This document shows positions 1 to 8,028 of a DNA stretch of 11,086 bases, piece by piece (positions within the stretch are counted from its first letter, which is position 1; every line of letters starts with the position of its first letter). The stretch lies in IMG/VR virus record IMGVR_UViG_2585427794_000002; one strand, written 5' to 3'. Source of the DNA: a virus (Duplodnaviria; Heunggongvirae; Uroviricota; Caudoviricetes). A model generated the notes under the pieces. The model did no database searches. It saw nothing but the letters and a program-made list of their open reading frames with translations, and was not told where the DNA came from. The translations under genes were made by a program, and so were the position numbers.

Positions 1-2469
1 CAAGGTCCGGCAACTTCCGACTCCGGTATAGAAGTTAACCAGAATATAGCTGTCGCCAGAGCGGGTGACCTTATAAGCGCCTGATTCGGCATTCCAGGGA
101 ACGCCCCCATCCGCATCGGCATATGTATCCGTTGCCCTTCTGGCAAAAGCAGCCACATGCGCGGCGGTTAAAGTGATATCAGTAGAACCATCAAATGGAA
201 CACCGGATATTTTTCTTGCAGTCTGAAGTTTTGTAGCAGTTGCAGCATTACCAGTGGTGTTCTGATTACCCGTAGTGTTTACACCTGGAAGGTTAATATT
301 TGCAGAACCGTCGAAAACAACTCCACCGATAGATCTTGCCGTCTGCAATTTCGTGGCTGTACTTGCATTACCATTCAATGAACCAGTTAATCCACCTGTA
401 ACAGACAACGGACCTGAAACTGTTCCTCCGGTTGTTGGCAGTGCTCCAATATCTGATGGTGTAGGTTTCTGATGTGAGCTATACATCGTATAAACAACAC
501 CATAGGTAACGCTGGAAGGCTTACTCGCTGAATATGTTGGCGAGGTATAAACAGAAACTGTCGCATTTGCAGTACAATCCCAATGGATATTTACACGAGT
601 CGCATAATTGCCAATCTCAACGTAAATATCATATGTATCGCCGGATGTGTTGATCCAGGCGAAATTCGTTAATCCGACGGCTGTACGCTTCCACAAAGCC
701 CCGGTAATTCCTTTGGGGTTTCCATTGCCTGCTCGTAGAACCAGTTCTGAAATGCCTGCCTGATGTGGGGAACCGACGTTGTAACCAGCGCCACCAATCA
801 ATGCGATGTAAACGATGGAACTCGCTTGTGGCATGGTAACCGTAGCCAGTTTGAACCACCCAGCCCCGCCAGAGAAAGACATCGTTACTGAATTTAAAGT
901 ACCAATATCTTTCGGCGTTAATGTTATATCCGCAGTCAGTGCTTTTCCGTTAACTTTTCGGTTAGATGGCACCCTGCTATTCGCATTGTCATTGGCTGCT
1001 TTAACTGCTTTTGGCGTTGCGGCCAGCGATTCACTGGTGCTATCAACAGCACTGCTAAGTTTCACAACACCTTTAGTTGTAAGGCTTGCGTCTTCCATCG
1101 CAACTGCACCGGCAATCTCTTCAGCACGATCAGCAGCAGCTTCCGCACGGGTCGCAGCGGATTCAGCAGCAGTTTTGCTCTGAGATGCTGCCGTCGCACT
1201 GCCTGCCGCCTCTGTTGCTTTCGTGGATGCCGTCGTGGCGCTGCCCTTCGCTGCTGACGCCTGTCTGGTCGCCTCATCTTTTGAAGCAGACGCAGATGAT
1301 GCCGATGACGCTGCCGAACTGGCGGACGATGCGGCTGCCGTTTTTGAGGATTCTGCACGGGTTTCCGACGCTTTCGCATTCGTTTCGGATGTCTTCGCTG
1401 CGGAAGCAGACCTCGCTGCTGCGCTGGCCTGTACAGCGGCTTCGCCAGCCTTCGTTGTGGCTGTTGAAGCGGACGATGCAGCACTTTCTGCCGATTTTCC
1501 GGCGGCGGTGGCACTGGCTGAGGCCTGCCCGGCACTTGTTGACGCGGCACTGGCAGACGACGCAGCCGCTGTTTTTGAGCCTGCCGCAGCTGAGGCACTC
1601 TGTCCCGCTGCCGTTTCAGAAGCCTTGGCGTTCGTCTCGGACGTTTTTGCCGCCTTCGCAGAATTTGCTGTCGCCGTTGCCGAGGAAGCTGCGCTGCTGG
1701 CGCTCGAGGCTGCGCTCGTTTCTGATGATTTTGCCGCCTCTTTTGAAGCCGACGCATCCCGGGCTGAGGTGGCAGCTTCTGACGCTTTCGTGGTCGCGGT
1801 GGATGCTGAAGTGGCTGCTGATTGTTGTGACGCTGCCGCATTCGTTTCTGACGTTTTTGCCGCAGCGGCACTGGTGGCCGCCGCGCTTTTTGAGGACTCT
1901 GCAGCGGCAGCACTTTTTGATGCTTCAGTGGCCTTTGCTGATGCCGTTCCTGCGCTGGAAGACGCTGACTGAGCCGACGACGCGGCCTGTCCGGCTGACG
2001 TGCTGGCTGCGCGTGCTGAGCCTGCAGCATCAGTCGCATGGGTTGCCGCCTCACGGGCAGATGTGCTGGCATCACTGGCTGACTTCTTCGCGGCTGCCGT
2101 GTTCTGTGCCACTGCGGACGCGTTACGCGCCACCTCTTCCACCATCAGTTCAAAACGGCGCAGTGCCTCTGGCCGGACATCATCCTCCGTCATTGCACCG
2201 AGGAAATCATTCAGTGTGCCCGGCTTTGAGTCCTCATATACGGTGATAATCCCGGCGTGTGACGGCGGGAATCCCTCCACCAACAGACTGACGCTGTACT
2301 GACCATACTCGACGTCCATTGTGTAACGCCCGGCTTCATCCGGGTTTTCTGAGGCCACTGTGTTCACCACCACCGTGGTGCTGTTGCGCCTGGCCTTTAG
2401 CTGAATGGTGCAGTTTTGTATCGGCTTACCTGCGCCATCTTTCAGTACACCTGAAATCCGTACTGCCAT
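1..2469 (-). CDS. stf: Side tail fibre protein (Stf-like); partial, 3' end lies beyond the left window edge
   Basis: Hand translation of the minus-strand frame starting at ATG 2469..2467 is open for 823 codons to position 1. This frame is not in the ORF track because it has no in-window stop. N-terminus MAVRISGVLKDGAGKPIQNCTIQLKARRNSTTVVVN... closely matches the lambda Stf / Rac StfR N-terminus as I recall it. It is followed by a long Ala/Ser/Thr-rich low-complexity segment and distal tail-fibre repeats (GNASTATKLQTARSIGGVVFDGS...). A G-rich Shine-Dalgarno-like stretch (GGGGGGAAT) sits directly upstream of the ATG. Confidence 0.85.
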   Translation of the reverse strand, partial: MAVRISGVLKDGAGKPIQNCTIQLKARRNSTTVVVNTVASENPDEAGRYTMDVEYGQYSVSLLVEGFPPSHAGIITVYEDSKPGTLNDFLGAMTEDDVRPEALRRFELMVEEVARNASAVAQNTAAAKKSASDASTSAREAATHATDAAGSARAASTSAGQAASSAQSASSSAGTASAKATEASKSAAAAESSKSAAATSAAAAKTSETNAAASQQSAATSASTATTKASEAATSARDASASKEAAKSSETSAASSASSAASSATATANSAKAAKTSETNAKASETAAGQSASAAAGSKTAAASSASAASTSAGQASASATAAGKSAESAASSASTATTKAGEAAVQASAAARSASAAKTSETNAKASETRAESSKTAAASSASSAASSASSASASKDEATRQASAAKGSATTASTKATEAAGSATAASQSKTAAESAATRAEAAADRAEEIAGAVAMEDASLTTKGVVKLSSAVDSTSESLAATPKAVKAANDNANSRVPSNRKVNGKALTADITLTPKDIGTLNSVTMSFSGGAGWFKLATVTMPQASSIVYIALIGGAGYNVGSPHQAGISELVLRAGNGNPKGITGALWKRTAVGLTNFAWINTSGDTYDIYVEIGNYATRVNIHWDCTANATVSVYTSPTYSASKPSSVTYGVVYTMYSSHQKPTPSDIGALPTTGGTVSGPLSVTGGLTGSLNGNASTATKLQTARSIGGVVFDGSANINLPGVNTTGNQNTTGNAATATKLQTARKISGVPFDGSTDITLTAAHVAAFARRATDTYADADGGVPWNAESGAYKVTRSGDSYILVNFYTGVGSCRTL
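169..372 (-). repeat. Two tandem ~28-aa phage tail-fibre repeats inside stf (about 169..252 and 289..372)
   Basis: Encoded peptides GNASTATKLQTARSIGGVVFDGSANINL and GNAATATKLQTARKISGVPFDGSTDITL. The underlying DNA is a direct imperfect repeat (tgcattacc...ttgccgtctgcaa / tgcagcattacc...ttgcagtctgaag). Confidence 0.6.
1110..2130 (-). repeat. Low-complexity Ala/Ser/Thr-rich coding repeat region of stf with a recurring KTSETNA motif
   Basis: Near-identical DNA motifs gcattcgtttcggatgtcttcgc (1375..1397), gcgttcgtctcggacgtttttgc (1628..1650) and gcattcgtttctgacgtttttgc (1838..1860) each encode AKTSETNA in the stf frame. GC-rich codon-periodic repetition generates spurious long ORFs in other frames on both strands. 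Confidence 0.65.
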
Positions 2470-2480
2470 ATTCCCCCCAC

Positions 2481-2507
2481 AAAAAAGCCCGCCTGAACCG
2501 GCGGGCT
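2481..2507 (-). terminator. Rho-independent terminator downstream of lom
   Basis: Minus-strand transcript reads GCCCGCC-GGUUCA-GGCGGGC followed by UUUUUUG. It lies between the lom stop (2534) and the stf start (2469). Confidence 0.6.
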
Positions 2508-2533
2508 GTCATAACACTGTGTTACCTGGCTAA

Positions 2534-3133
2534 TCAGAATTTATAACCGACACCAACGATGAAACTGTTGGTACGCCAGTCACCGCTGCCGGAGCCTTCA
2601 TAAGCGACGTCAACGGCCACGGATTCGGTCGGGTTAAACTGCACGCCAGCTCCCCACGCCAGAGACGTGTTGCTGTGGCGACCGTCATCACTTCCGGTCA
2701 GCACATCGTGCGTTTTCCCCTTGTTGTCAGTTACGCGGATATAATCCCCGGAGAAAGTCGACACACGGCTGTAAGCCATACCCGCCATCGCATACGCGCT
2801 GAACCATTCATTCACGCGCACAGACGGCCCCGCCATCACGCTGAACCAGCGATTACGCACGGAATCCTCATGCCAGCGGGTATCGCTGTAATGCGTTTTT
2901 TGCTCATCTTCAGCGTTGGCATAACTGAATGACGTAATCAGCCCCAGCGTGTCCGTAAACTCATAACGGTATTTCACGTTAATCCCGTTCAGATTTTCGC
3001 TGCCGGGAGCGTTCGTACGGGCATGAAGATACCCTGCGCTCAGTGTGGCCTGCTGCTCAGACGCCCATGCAGGCGCACCGGATACGGCCAGACAGATGGC
3101 TGCGGACAAAATGGCTGCACAAACTTTACGCAT
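2534..3133 (-). CDS. lom: Lom-like outer membrane protein (Ail/Lom/PagC family beta-barrel)
   Basis: 199-aa ORF with a signal peptide (MRKVCAAILSAAICLAVSGAPAWA) and C-terminal ...YEGSGSGDWRTNSFIVGVGYKF matching my recollection of lambda Lom. Position immediately after J matches lambda gene order. RBS GAGAGG lies upstream of the ATG. Confidence 0.9.
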   Translation of the reverse strand: MRKVCAAILSAAICLAVSGAPAWASEQQATLSAGYLHARTNAPGSENLNGINVKYRYEFTDTLGLITSFSYANAEDEQKTHYSDTRWHEDSVRNRWFSVMAGPSVRVNEWFSAYAMAGMAYSRVSTFSGDYIRVTDNKGKTHDVLTGSDDGRHSNTSLAWGAGVQFNPTESVAVDVAYEGSGSGDWRTNSFIVGVGYKF

Positions 3134-3157
3134 AATTACCTCTCGCTTTTCTGCAAT

Positions 3158-3181
3158 AAAAAAGGCGCCATTTCTGGCGCC
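3158..3181 (-). terminator. Rho-independent terminator-like hairpin between J and lom
   Basis: Minus-strand transcript reads GGCGCC-AGAAAU-GGCGCC followed by UUUUUUAUUG. It sits 20 nt past the J stop and about 25 nt before the lom start. Confidence 0.55.
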
Positions 3182-3200
3182 CGTATATGGGTTATAAAAT

Positions 3201-6200
3201 TCAGCTGATACTGATGCCTGCGGTGGCTTTCTTCATCACCACAACCAGCAAATCGCTGATACTTGCTGTGGGATACCAGTCATTTACCAGCCATGCTGAC
3301 ACCGAAAACTCCAGCGTCATGTGGCCGTGACCAGCTGGCATATCAATAACACCACTGTAAATCAGCGTATTATCCAGCGCGGTACGGTTATAAATTTCAG
3401 CACCATTTTTCTTCACTATCAGGCGGCATGAGGAGTAAATATCAGTATGCTCTCTCTCATGTTTAGCACCGCTGAATGCCACCGCCGGAATAACAATCTG
3501 CCGGTCAAACGGCTGATCGTCATAAATCCTGACGGTAATGGTCCCTGATGGCCACCGCTCCGGTGCCCGGGAGTCCCGCGGGAAAGCCTTACCCACTGTT
3601 TTGACAATATCGCCTTCAATCTGGTTGGCTGACAGTTTCCCTTTAATCTGACAGTTCTCATTTATCGTAACGTTGTTGAGCGTCCCGGCGTTCGCATTCA
3701 CACTGCCACTGATATCTGCATTTTTAGCGGTCAGCTTTCCGTCCGGTGTCATGGAAAATGCAGGAGGATTACCGCCGCTGGTAATGGTCGGAGCCGTCAG
3801 GCGTTTCAGGAACACGTCGTTCATGAATATCTGATCGCCCTGACCAACAAACATCGGCTTTGTGTTGCCATTCGCAGGATTAATCATCGCAATCCGATCA
3901 GCAGCCAGAAGCACCTGACTCTGCATACCTGCTGGCGTATTCTCAATACCGGCTCCGATACCCGCAATATAAAGGCGTCCGTCCTTCATCTGCTGCAGTT
4001 TCACGGCCCACATGCTGTTCAGGTTATTATTTGTATCAACCTGAACTTTCTGTATCTGCTGGATTGCCGCGCTCTGATTTTCCAGTTTTTTATTGACGGT
4101 CTGCGTGATTTCATTGCTGACATTCGTAATGGACGTCCTGATTTCAGCCAGGTCAGGCGCAAGCTGACCGTTATCAATCTGCGTCCACAGCTCCTGGGCC
4201 AGATGTGTTTTCCCGATTTCTCCTTTGAAAAAATCCAGGTAGCCTTCCGCATCATCGCTCGCCCGACCGACAGCCTCCACGAATGCCGATTTGCCGACTG
4301 TGTTCACACTGCGAACGTAAAAATAATAATCATGGCCCGGCTTAATATTGATACTGGCGGCTATCCAGTACAGCGCCGTACCAAGATAGCGGGCTGTGGT
4401 TTCAACCTGCCTGATATCCGCAATCCGCGTTTCCGAGAACCAGAACTCAAACTGTACCGTCGGATCATAAACCGCAAGATGCGGCGTGGCAGTTATCTGA
4501 AAATAGCCCGGCGTCAGCTCAATCCGCGACGGCGCTGCCGGGGCGGCAATCCGGAACGATACCGACGTCGGATCGCCCTGCTGTCCCCACGCATTTACCG
4601 CCCGGACCGTCAGCATGTAACGCCCCAGCGCCAGCTGCCTGAAGCGGTATGTGGTTTCCGTCGTCCGGGCCGTGCTGACCAGCCGCTCACTGCCGTCATC
4701 CGCTGTTACGGTCAGACGGAGCAGGAAGCTCACACCCTTCACCACCTTCGGCGTGTCCCAGCGCGCCAGCACCTGATATTCCCCGCTGTCTGCGGTGACT
4801 TCGGCGGTCAGGTGCTGCACCGCTGGCGGCGTGACACCATTCACCGTGCCGCTCTGGTCACCGTCAAAGTGCGCCCCGTTATCCACGATGGCTTCTTTTT
4901 CCGGTACATGCTGCACGGCGGTGATGGCATACGTGCCGTCGTCGTTCTCACGGATACTCACGCAGCGGAACAGGCGCTGGCGCAGCGTCGGCAGCTTCAG
5001 CCCCCACACGCTGTATTCAGCAACACCGTCAGGAACACGGCTCACTTTCACCTTCACGCCGTCGGTGACGGACTGAACCTCCACGCTGACCGGATTGCCA
5101 CTTCCGTCAACCAGGCTTATCAGCGTGGTACCGGAGGATGGCAGCGTGATTTCACGGTCGAGCGTCAGCGTCCGGGTCTGGCTGTTTACCGCCAGCACGC
5201 GCCCGCCGATGCTGATACCCGCATAGTCATCATCACAGATTTCAATGACATCGCCCGGCACATGGCGAAGCCCTTCTGCGCCCACGCTGAAGTCCACAGT
5301 CTGCGTTTCCAGCAGTTCTGTTTTAATCAGCCACAGCCCGGCGCGGTGTGCCTGCCCCCGGCTGGTACAGCCAAAAGCATCCATTTTCGTGACGTTACGA
5401 CCGTAACGGAGAATGGCCTGCGTATCTTCAACAAGCTCTGTCGCCGTCTCCCAGCCGTTATTCGGGTCAATCCAGTTCACCTCAACGGCATTATGGCGGT
5501 CCTTCAGGGCGCTGAAGCTGTAGCGGAACGGCGCACCATCATCCGGCATCACCACATTACTGCGGTTATAGGTCCACACCTTATCCGACGGTCGGTCCTG
5601 CACGAACGTCAGCGTCTGCCCGTTCCATACCGGCATACAGCGCATCGCAGAGCAGAAATCACTGAGCACATCCCACGCCTTGCGCTGTGTGGTCAGGTAC
5701 GCATTACAGGTGATGCGCGGCTCCGTGCCGCCAAAACCGTCCGGCACCGACTGATCGCAATGCTGGCCGATGACATACAGCGCCCATTTGTCCACATCCG
5801 CCGCACCAAGACGTTTCCCCATGCCGTAGCGCGGATGGGTCAGCATATCCCACAGACACCAGGCCATGTTGTTGCTGTATGCTGGCTTAAACGTTCCGTC
5901 CCAGATACCGCTGTATTGCCGCGTCTGCGGGTTATAGTTCGACGGCACCTGCAGAATACGCCCGCGCAGATGATAATTACGGCTCACCTGCTGGCTGCCG
6001 AACTGCTCCGAGTCCACCTGCACGCCGACCAGTGCCGTGTTCGGGTAGCCCTGTTTCACATCGATGATTTCGGTGTATGACGACCAGAGCGTTTTGTTCT
6101 GCAGCTGGTCTGTGGTGCTGTCCGGCGTCATCCTGCGCATCCGGATATTAAACGGGCGCGGCGGCAGGTTATCCACCACCACCGAGGCCAGATACTGCGA

Positions 6201-6680
6201 GGTGGTTTTGCCCTTAATGGTGATGTCTTTTTCCGTCACCCAGCCACCGTTACGCTGTATCTGAACCAGCAGGCGGACTTCCGACGGATTCCGGTCCCCC
6301 TTTGAGGTGGTTTCCACCAGTGCCTGCACACCGAAGGTAAAGCGCAGACGGTCGATGTTTGCCGACGTGATGGTCCGGGTGATCGGCGTGTCATATTTCA
6401 CTTCCGTACCCAGCACCGTCTCGGAGCCGGAGGATTCAAATCCCTCCGGCGGTGTCTGCTCCTGCTCACCTGCCCGGAACACCACCGTGACACCGGATAT
6501 ATTGGTATTCCCCTCACTGTCCAGCACCGGCGTACTGTTCAGCAGCACGCTTTTTAATCCGTCCACCGGACCTTCAATCGGCCCTTCGCTGATGGCATCA
6601 ATCGCACTCAACAGCTGCGTGGATTTCAGGTTATCTTTCGCTTCGCGCGGGGTATGCCCCTTACTGCTGCCTTTACCCAT
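3201..6680 (-). CDS. J: Tail tip / host specificity protein J (central tail fibre)
   Basis: 1159-aa ORF. N-terminal two-thirds ([45 protein letters not shown]...) is near-identical to lambda J as I recall it. Size and position (60 bp after I, followed by lom) match lambda. RBS GGAG lies upstream. Confidence 0.95.
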   Translation of the reverse strand: MGKGSSKGHTPREAKDNLKSTQLLSAIDAISEGPIEGPVDGLKSVLLNSTPVLDSEGNTNISGVTVVFRAGEQEQTPPEGFESSGSETVLGTEVKYDTPITRTITSANIDRLRFTFGVQALVETTSKGDRNPSEVRLLVQIQRNGGWVTEKDITIKGKTTSQYLASVVVDNLPPRPFNIRMRRMTPDSTTDQLQNKTLWSSYTEIIDVKQGYPNTALVGVQVDSEQFGSQQVSRNYHLRGRILQVPSNYNPQTRQYSGIWDGTFKPAYSNNMAWCLWDMLTHPRYGMGKRLGAADVDKWALYVIGQHCDQSVPDGFGGTEPRITCNAYLTTQRKAWDVLSDFCSAMRCMPVWNGQTLTFVQDRPSDKVWTYNRSNVVMPDDGAPFRYSFSALKDRHNAVEVNWIDPNNGWETATELVEDTQAILRYGRNVTKMDAFGCTSRGQAHRAGLWLIKTELLETQTVDFSVGAEGLRHVPGDVIEICDDDYAGISIGGRVLAVNSQTRTLTLDREITLPSSGTTLISLVDGSGNPVSVEVQSVTDGVKVKVSRVPDGVAEYSVWGLKLPTLRQRLFRCVSIRENDDGTYAITAVQHVPEKEAIVDNGAHFDGDQSGTVNGVTPPAVQHLTAEVTADSGEYQVLARWDTPKVVKGVSFLLRLTVTADDGSERLVSTARTTETTYRFRQLALGRYMLTVRAVNAWGQQGDPTSVSFRIAAPAAPSRIELTPGYFQITATPHLAVYDPTVQFEFWFSETRIADIRQVETTARYLGTALYWIAASINIKPGHDYYFYVRSVNTVGKSAFVEAVGRASDDAEGYLDFFKGEIGKTHLAQELWTQIDNGQLAPDLAEIRTSITNVSNEITQTVNKKLENQSAAIQQIQKVQVDTNNNLNSMWAVKLQQMKDGRLYIAGIGAGIENTPAGMQSQVLLAADRIAMINPANGNTKPMFVGQGDQIFMNDVFLKRLTAPTITSGGNPPAFSMTPDGKLTAKNADISGSVNANAGTLNNVTINENCQIKGKLSANQIEGDIVKTVGKAFPRDSRAPERWPSGTITVRIYDDQPFDRQIVIPAVAFSGAKHEREHTDIYSSCRLIVKKNGAEIYNRTALDNTLIYSGVIDMPAGHGHMTLEFSVSAWLVNDWYPTASISDLLVVVMKKATAGISIS

Positions 6681-6702
6681 TCGTCATGCTCCATAAACGA
6701 CA

Positions 6703-6722
6703 AAACCGCCCGGAGGCGGTTT
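6703..6722 (-). promoter_or_regulatory. Intergenic stem-loop between I and J (possible attenuator or RNA-stability element)
   Basis: Perfect 8-bp inverted repeat AAACCGCC / GGCGGTTT with a 4-nt loop in the 60-bp I-J gap. On the minus-strand transcript the hairpin is followed by UUUUGUCGUUUAUGGAGCAUG, which contains the J RBS and start. Confidence 0.3.
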
Positions 6723-6740
6723 CACATAAAACATTTTGCA

Positions 6741-7382
6741 TCAGCGACCAATCACCACAACCTGACCACCGTCCCCTTCGTCTGCCGTGCTGATCTCCTG
6801 AGAAACCACCCGCGACCCCACACGCATTTCACCGTACAGAACAGGCAGAACATTGCCCTGAGCAACCATGTTATCCAGTGAAGAAAAATAGGTATTCTGT
6901 TTGCCGTTATCCGTTGTCTGTGTGCGGGGGGTTTTGGGTTTAGGGGCCAGCATCTGTGCAACACCGCCAAGCGTCATACTGGCACCGAGAGAAAACAGCA
7001 GATTACTCGCCATAATTCCTCCCCCCGGCATCCATATAGCAACCGCCATAACAGCCGCCCCCAGCACAGCCTGAAACACACCGCCACTTTTGGCTCCTGC
7101 CAGACGCGGCACGATATGGATCACGGCACCATTTTCCAGCGGCTCATTAAGACGGGCAGACAATTCGGTTTCACCTGCATCACGCCCGGCAATGCGTACC
7201 TGGTACCAGCCGTCGCTCAGTTTCTGACGAAACGCCGGGAGCTGAGTGGCCAGCGCCCGGATGGCTTCGGCCCCCGTTTTCACACGAAGGTCGATGCGGC
7301 GGCCAAATCGTTGCAAATCCCCGTAAAGGCAGATGCGTGCCATGCCCGGTGACGCCAGAGGGAGTGTGTGCGTCGCTGCCAT
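6741..7382 (-). CDS. I: Tail tip assembly protein I
   Basis: 213-aa ORF (MAATHTLPLASPGMARICLYGDLQRF...; C-terminus ...VSQEISTADEGDGGQVVVIGR) matching lambda gpI as I recall it. Contains a hydrophobic Gly/Ala-rich segment. Overlaps the 3' end of K by 103 nt in a different frame, as in lambda. Confidence 0.9.
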   Translation of the reverse strand: MAATHTLPLASPGMARICLYGDLQRFGRRIDLRVKTGAEAIRALATQLPAFRQKLSDGWYQVRIAGRDAGETELSARLNEPLENGAVIHIVPRLAGAKSGGVFQAVLGAAVMAVAIWMPGGGIMASNLLFSLGASMTLGGVAQMLAPKPKTPRTQTTDNGKQNTYFSSLDNMVAQGNVLPVLYGEMRVGSRVVSQEISTADEGDGGQVVVIGR

Positions 7383-8023
7383 TTGTCGGTATACCTCTCT
7401 CGTTTGCTCAGTTGTTCAGGAATATGGTGCAGCAGCTCGCCGTCGCCGCAGTAAATAGCGGCATGATTCGGCACCGATGAACCAAAACAGCACAGCAGCA
7501 CATCGCCCGGCTGCGCCGCTGACAACGGCACCTGATACAGCCCTGTAGCCTCCAGATTATCCAGATAGAGATTCTGACCGTTACGCCACCAGTCATCCCC
7601 GCGATGAAAATCCGGCATCTCAATCCCCGCCAGATGGTAAGCATCCCGGAACAGCGTGTAACAGTCCGTCACCCCGTGCTCAAAGCGCCGCCCGGTGAGA
7701 TGCGGCACACAGCGGAATTTATGAATCTCACCCCGGCAGACCAGCCACCACGGCAAATCACTCTGTACCTGCAGCCGCCGGTCGGCCTCACTCAGCCAGG
7801 GCAGACCACCGGGGTGGCTGTGGACCAGCGCCACAATCTCTCCCTGCATTTCTGCACTCAGCCAGTCCTCCGGCGACATCCGGAAATACTCCTCCGGCTC
7901 ACCGGAGATATTCACGCAGGGAAAATATCTTTCCTCCTCCGGCGTTCTCACCACGAAGCCGCACGACTCCGCTGGCGCACATCGCCGGGCGTGCGCCAGA
8001 ATCGCTGATTCTGTCTCTGTCAT
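7280..8023 (-). CDS. K: Tail tip assembly protein K (JAMM/MPN domain plus NlpC/P60 domain)
   Basis: 247-aa ORF starting 5 nt after the L stop. JAMM-like motif HSHPGGLPWLSEAD (H-x-H-x7-S-x2-D). NlpC/P60-like Cys in GVTDCYTLF and His in VPNHAAIY. An alternative internal start at 7879 (Met49, preceded by GGAGGAG) would give a 199-aa product. Confidence 0.85.
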   Translation of the reverse strand: MTETESAILAHARRCAPAESCGFVVRTPEEERYFPCVNISGEPEEYFRMSPEDWLSAEMQGEIVALVHSHPGGLPWLSEADRRLQVQSDLPWWLVCRGEIHKFRCVPHLTGRRFEHGVTDCYTLFRDAYHLAGIEMPDFHRGDDWWRNGQNLYLDNLEATGLYQVPLSAAQPGDVLLCCFGSSVPNHAAIYCGDGELLHHIPEQLSKRERYTDKWQRRTHSLWRHRAWHASAFTGICNDLAAASTFV

Positions 8024-8028
8024 GGGAT

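Noticed and set aside
275-1183. ORFs 275..472 (+), 629..859 (-) and 815..1183 (+)
   Set aside because: They overlap the distal part of stf in other frames or strands. The stf frame is open throughout and encodes recognisable tail-fibre repeats.
1062-2246. Long ORFs in the track: 1062..2075 (-) Arg/Gln/Pro-rich 337 aa, 1086..2246 (+) 386 aa, 1223..1972 (+) Ala/Asp-rich 249 aa
   Set aside because: All lie in the GC-rich, codon-periodic repeat region of stf. They are alternative-frame or antisense artefacts with extreme composition. The genuine frame is the minus-strand frame from 2469, which continues the lambda-Stf-like N-terminus.
2675-2932. 85-aa plus-strand ORF
   Set aside because: Antisense within lom; no RBS or recognisable domain.
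3134-3200. Possible sigma-70 promoter for lom in the J-lom intergenic region
   Set aside because: Only weak -35/-10-like hexamers (TTGCAG, TATAAC) with unsuitable spacing. It cannot be supported from sequence alone, so it is not annotated as a feature.
3419-4255. Short minus-strand ORFs 3419..3661 and 4019..4255
   Set aside because: Alternative frames inside J; basic, low-complexity translations.
4203-6080. 625-aa plus-strand ORF (Arg-rich)
   Set aside because: Entirely antisense to J, which is recognisable along its full length. Composition is typical of a shadow ORF.
6064-6881. Plus-strand ORFs 6064..6264, 6307..6696 and 6654..6881
   Set aside because: Antisense to J and I and across the I-J junction; no coding signal independent of the minus-strand genes.
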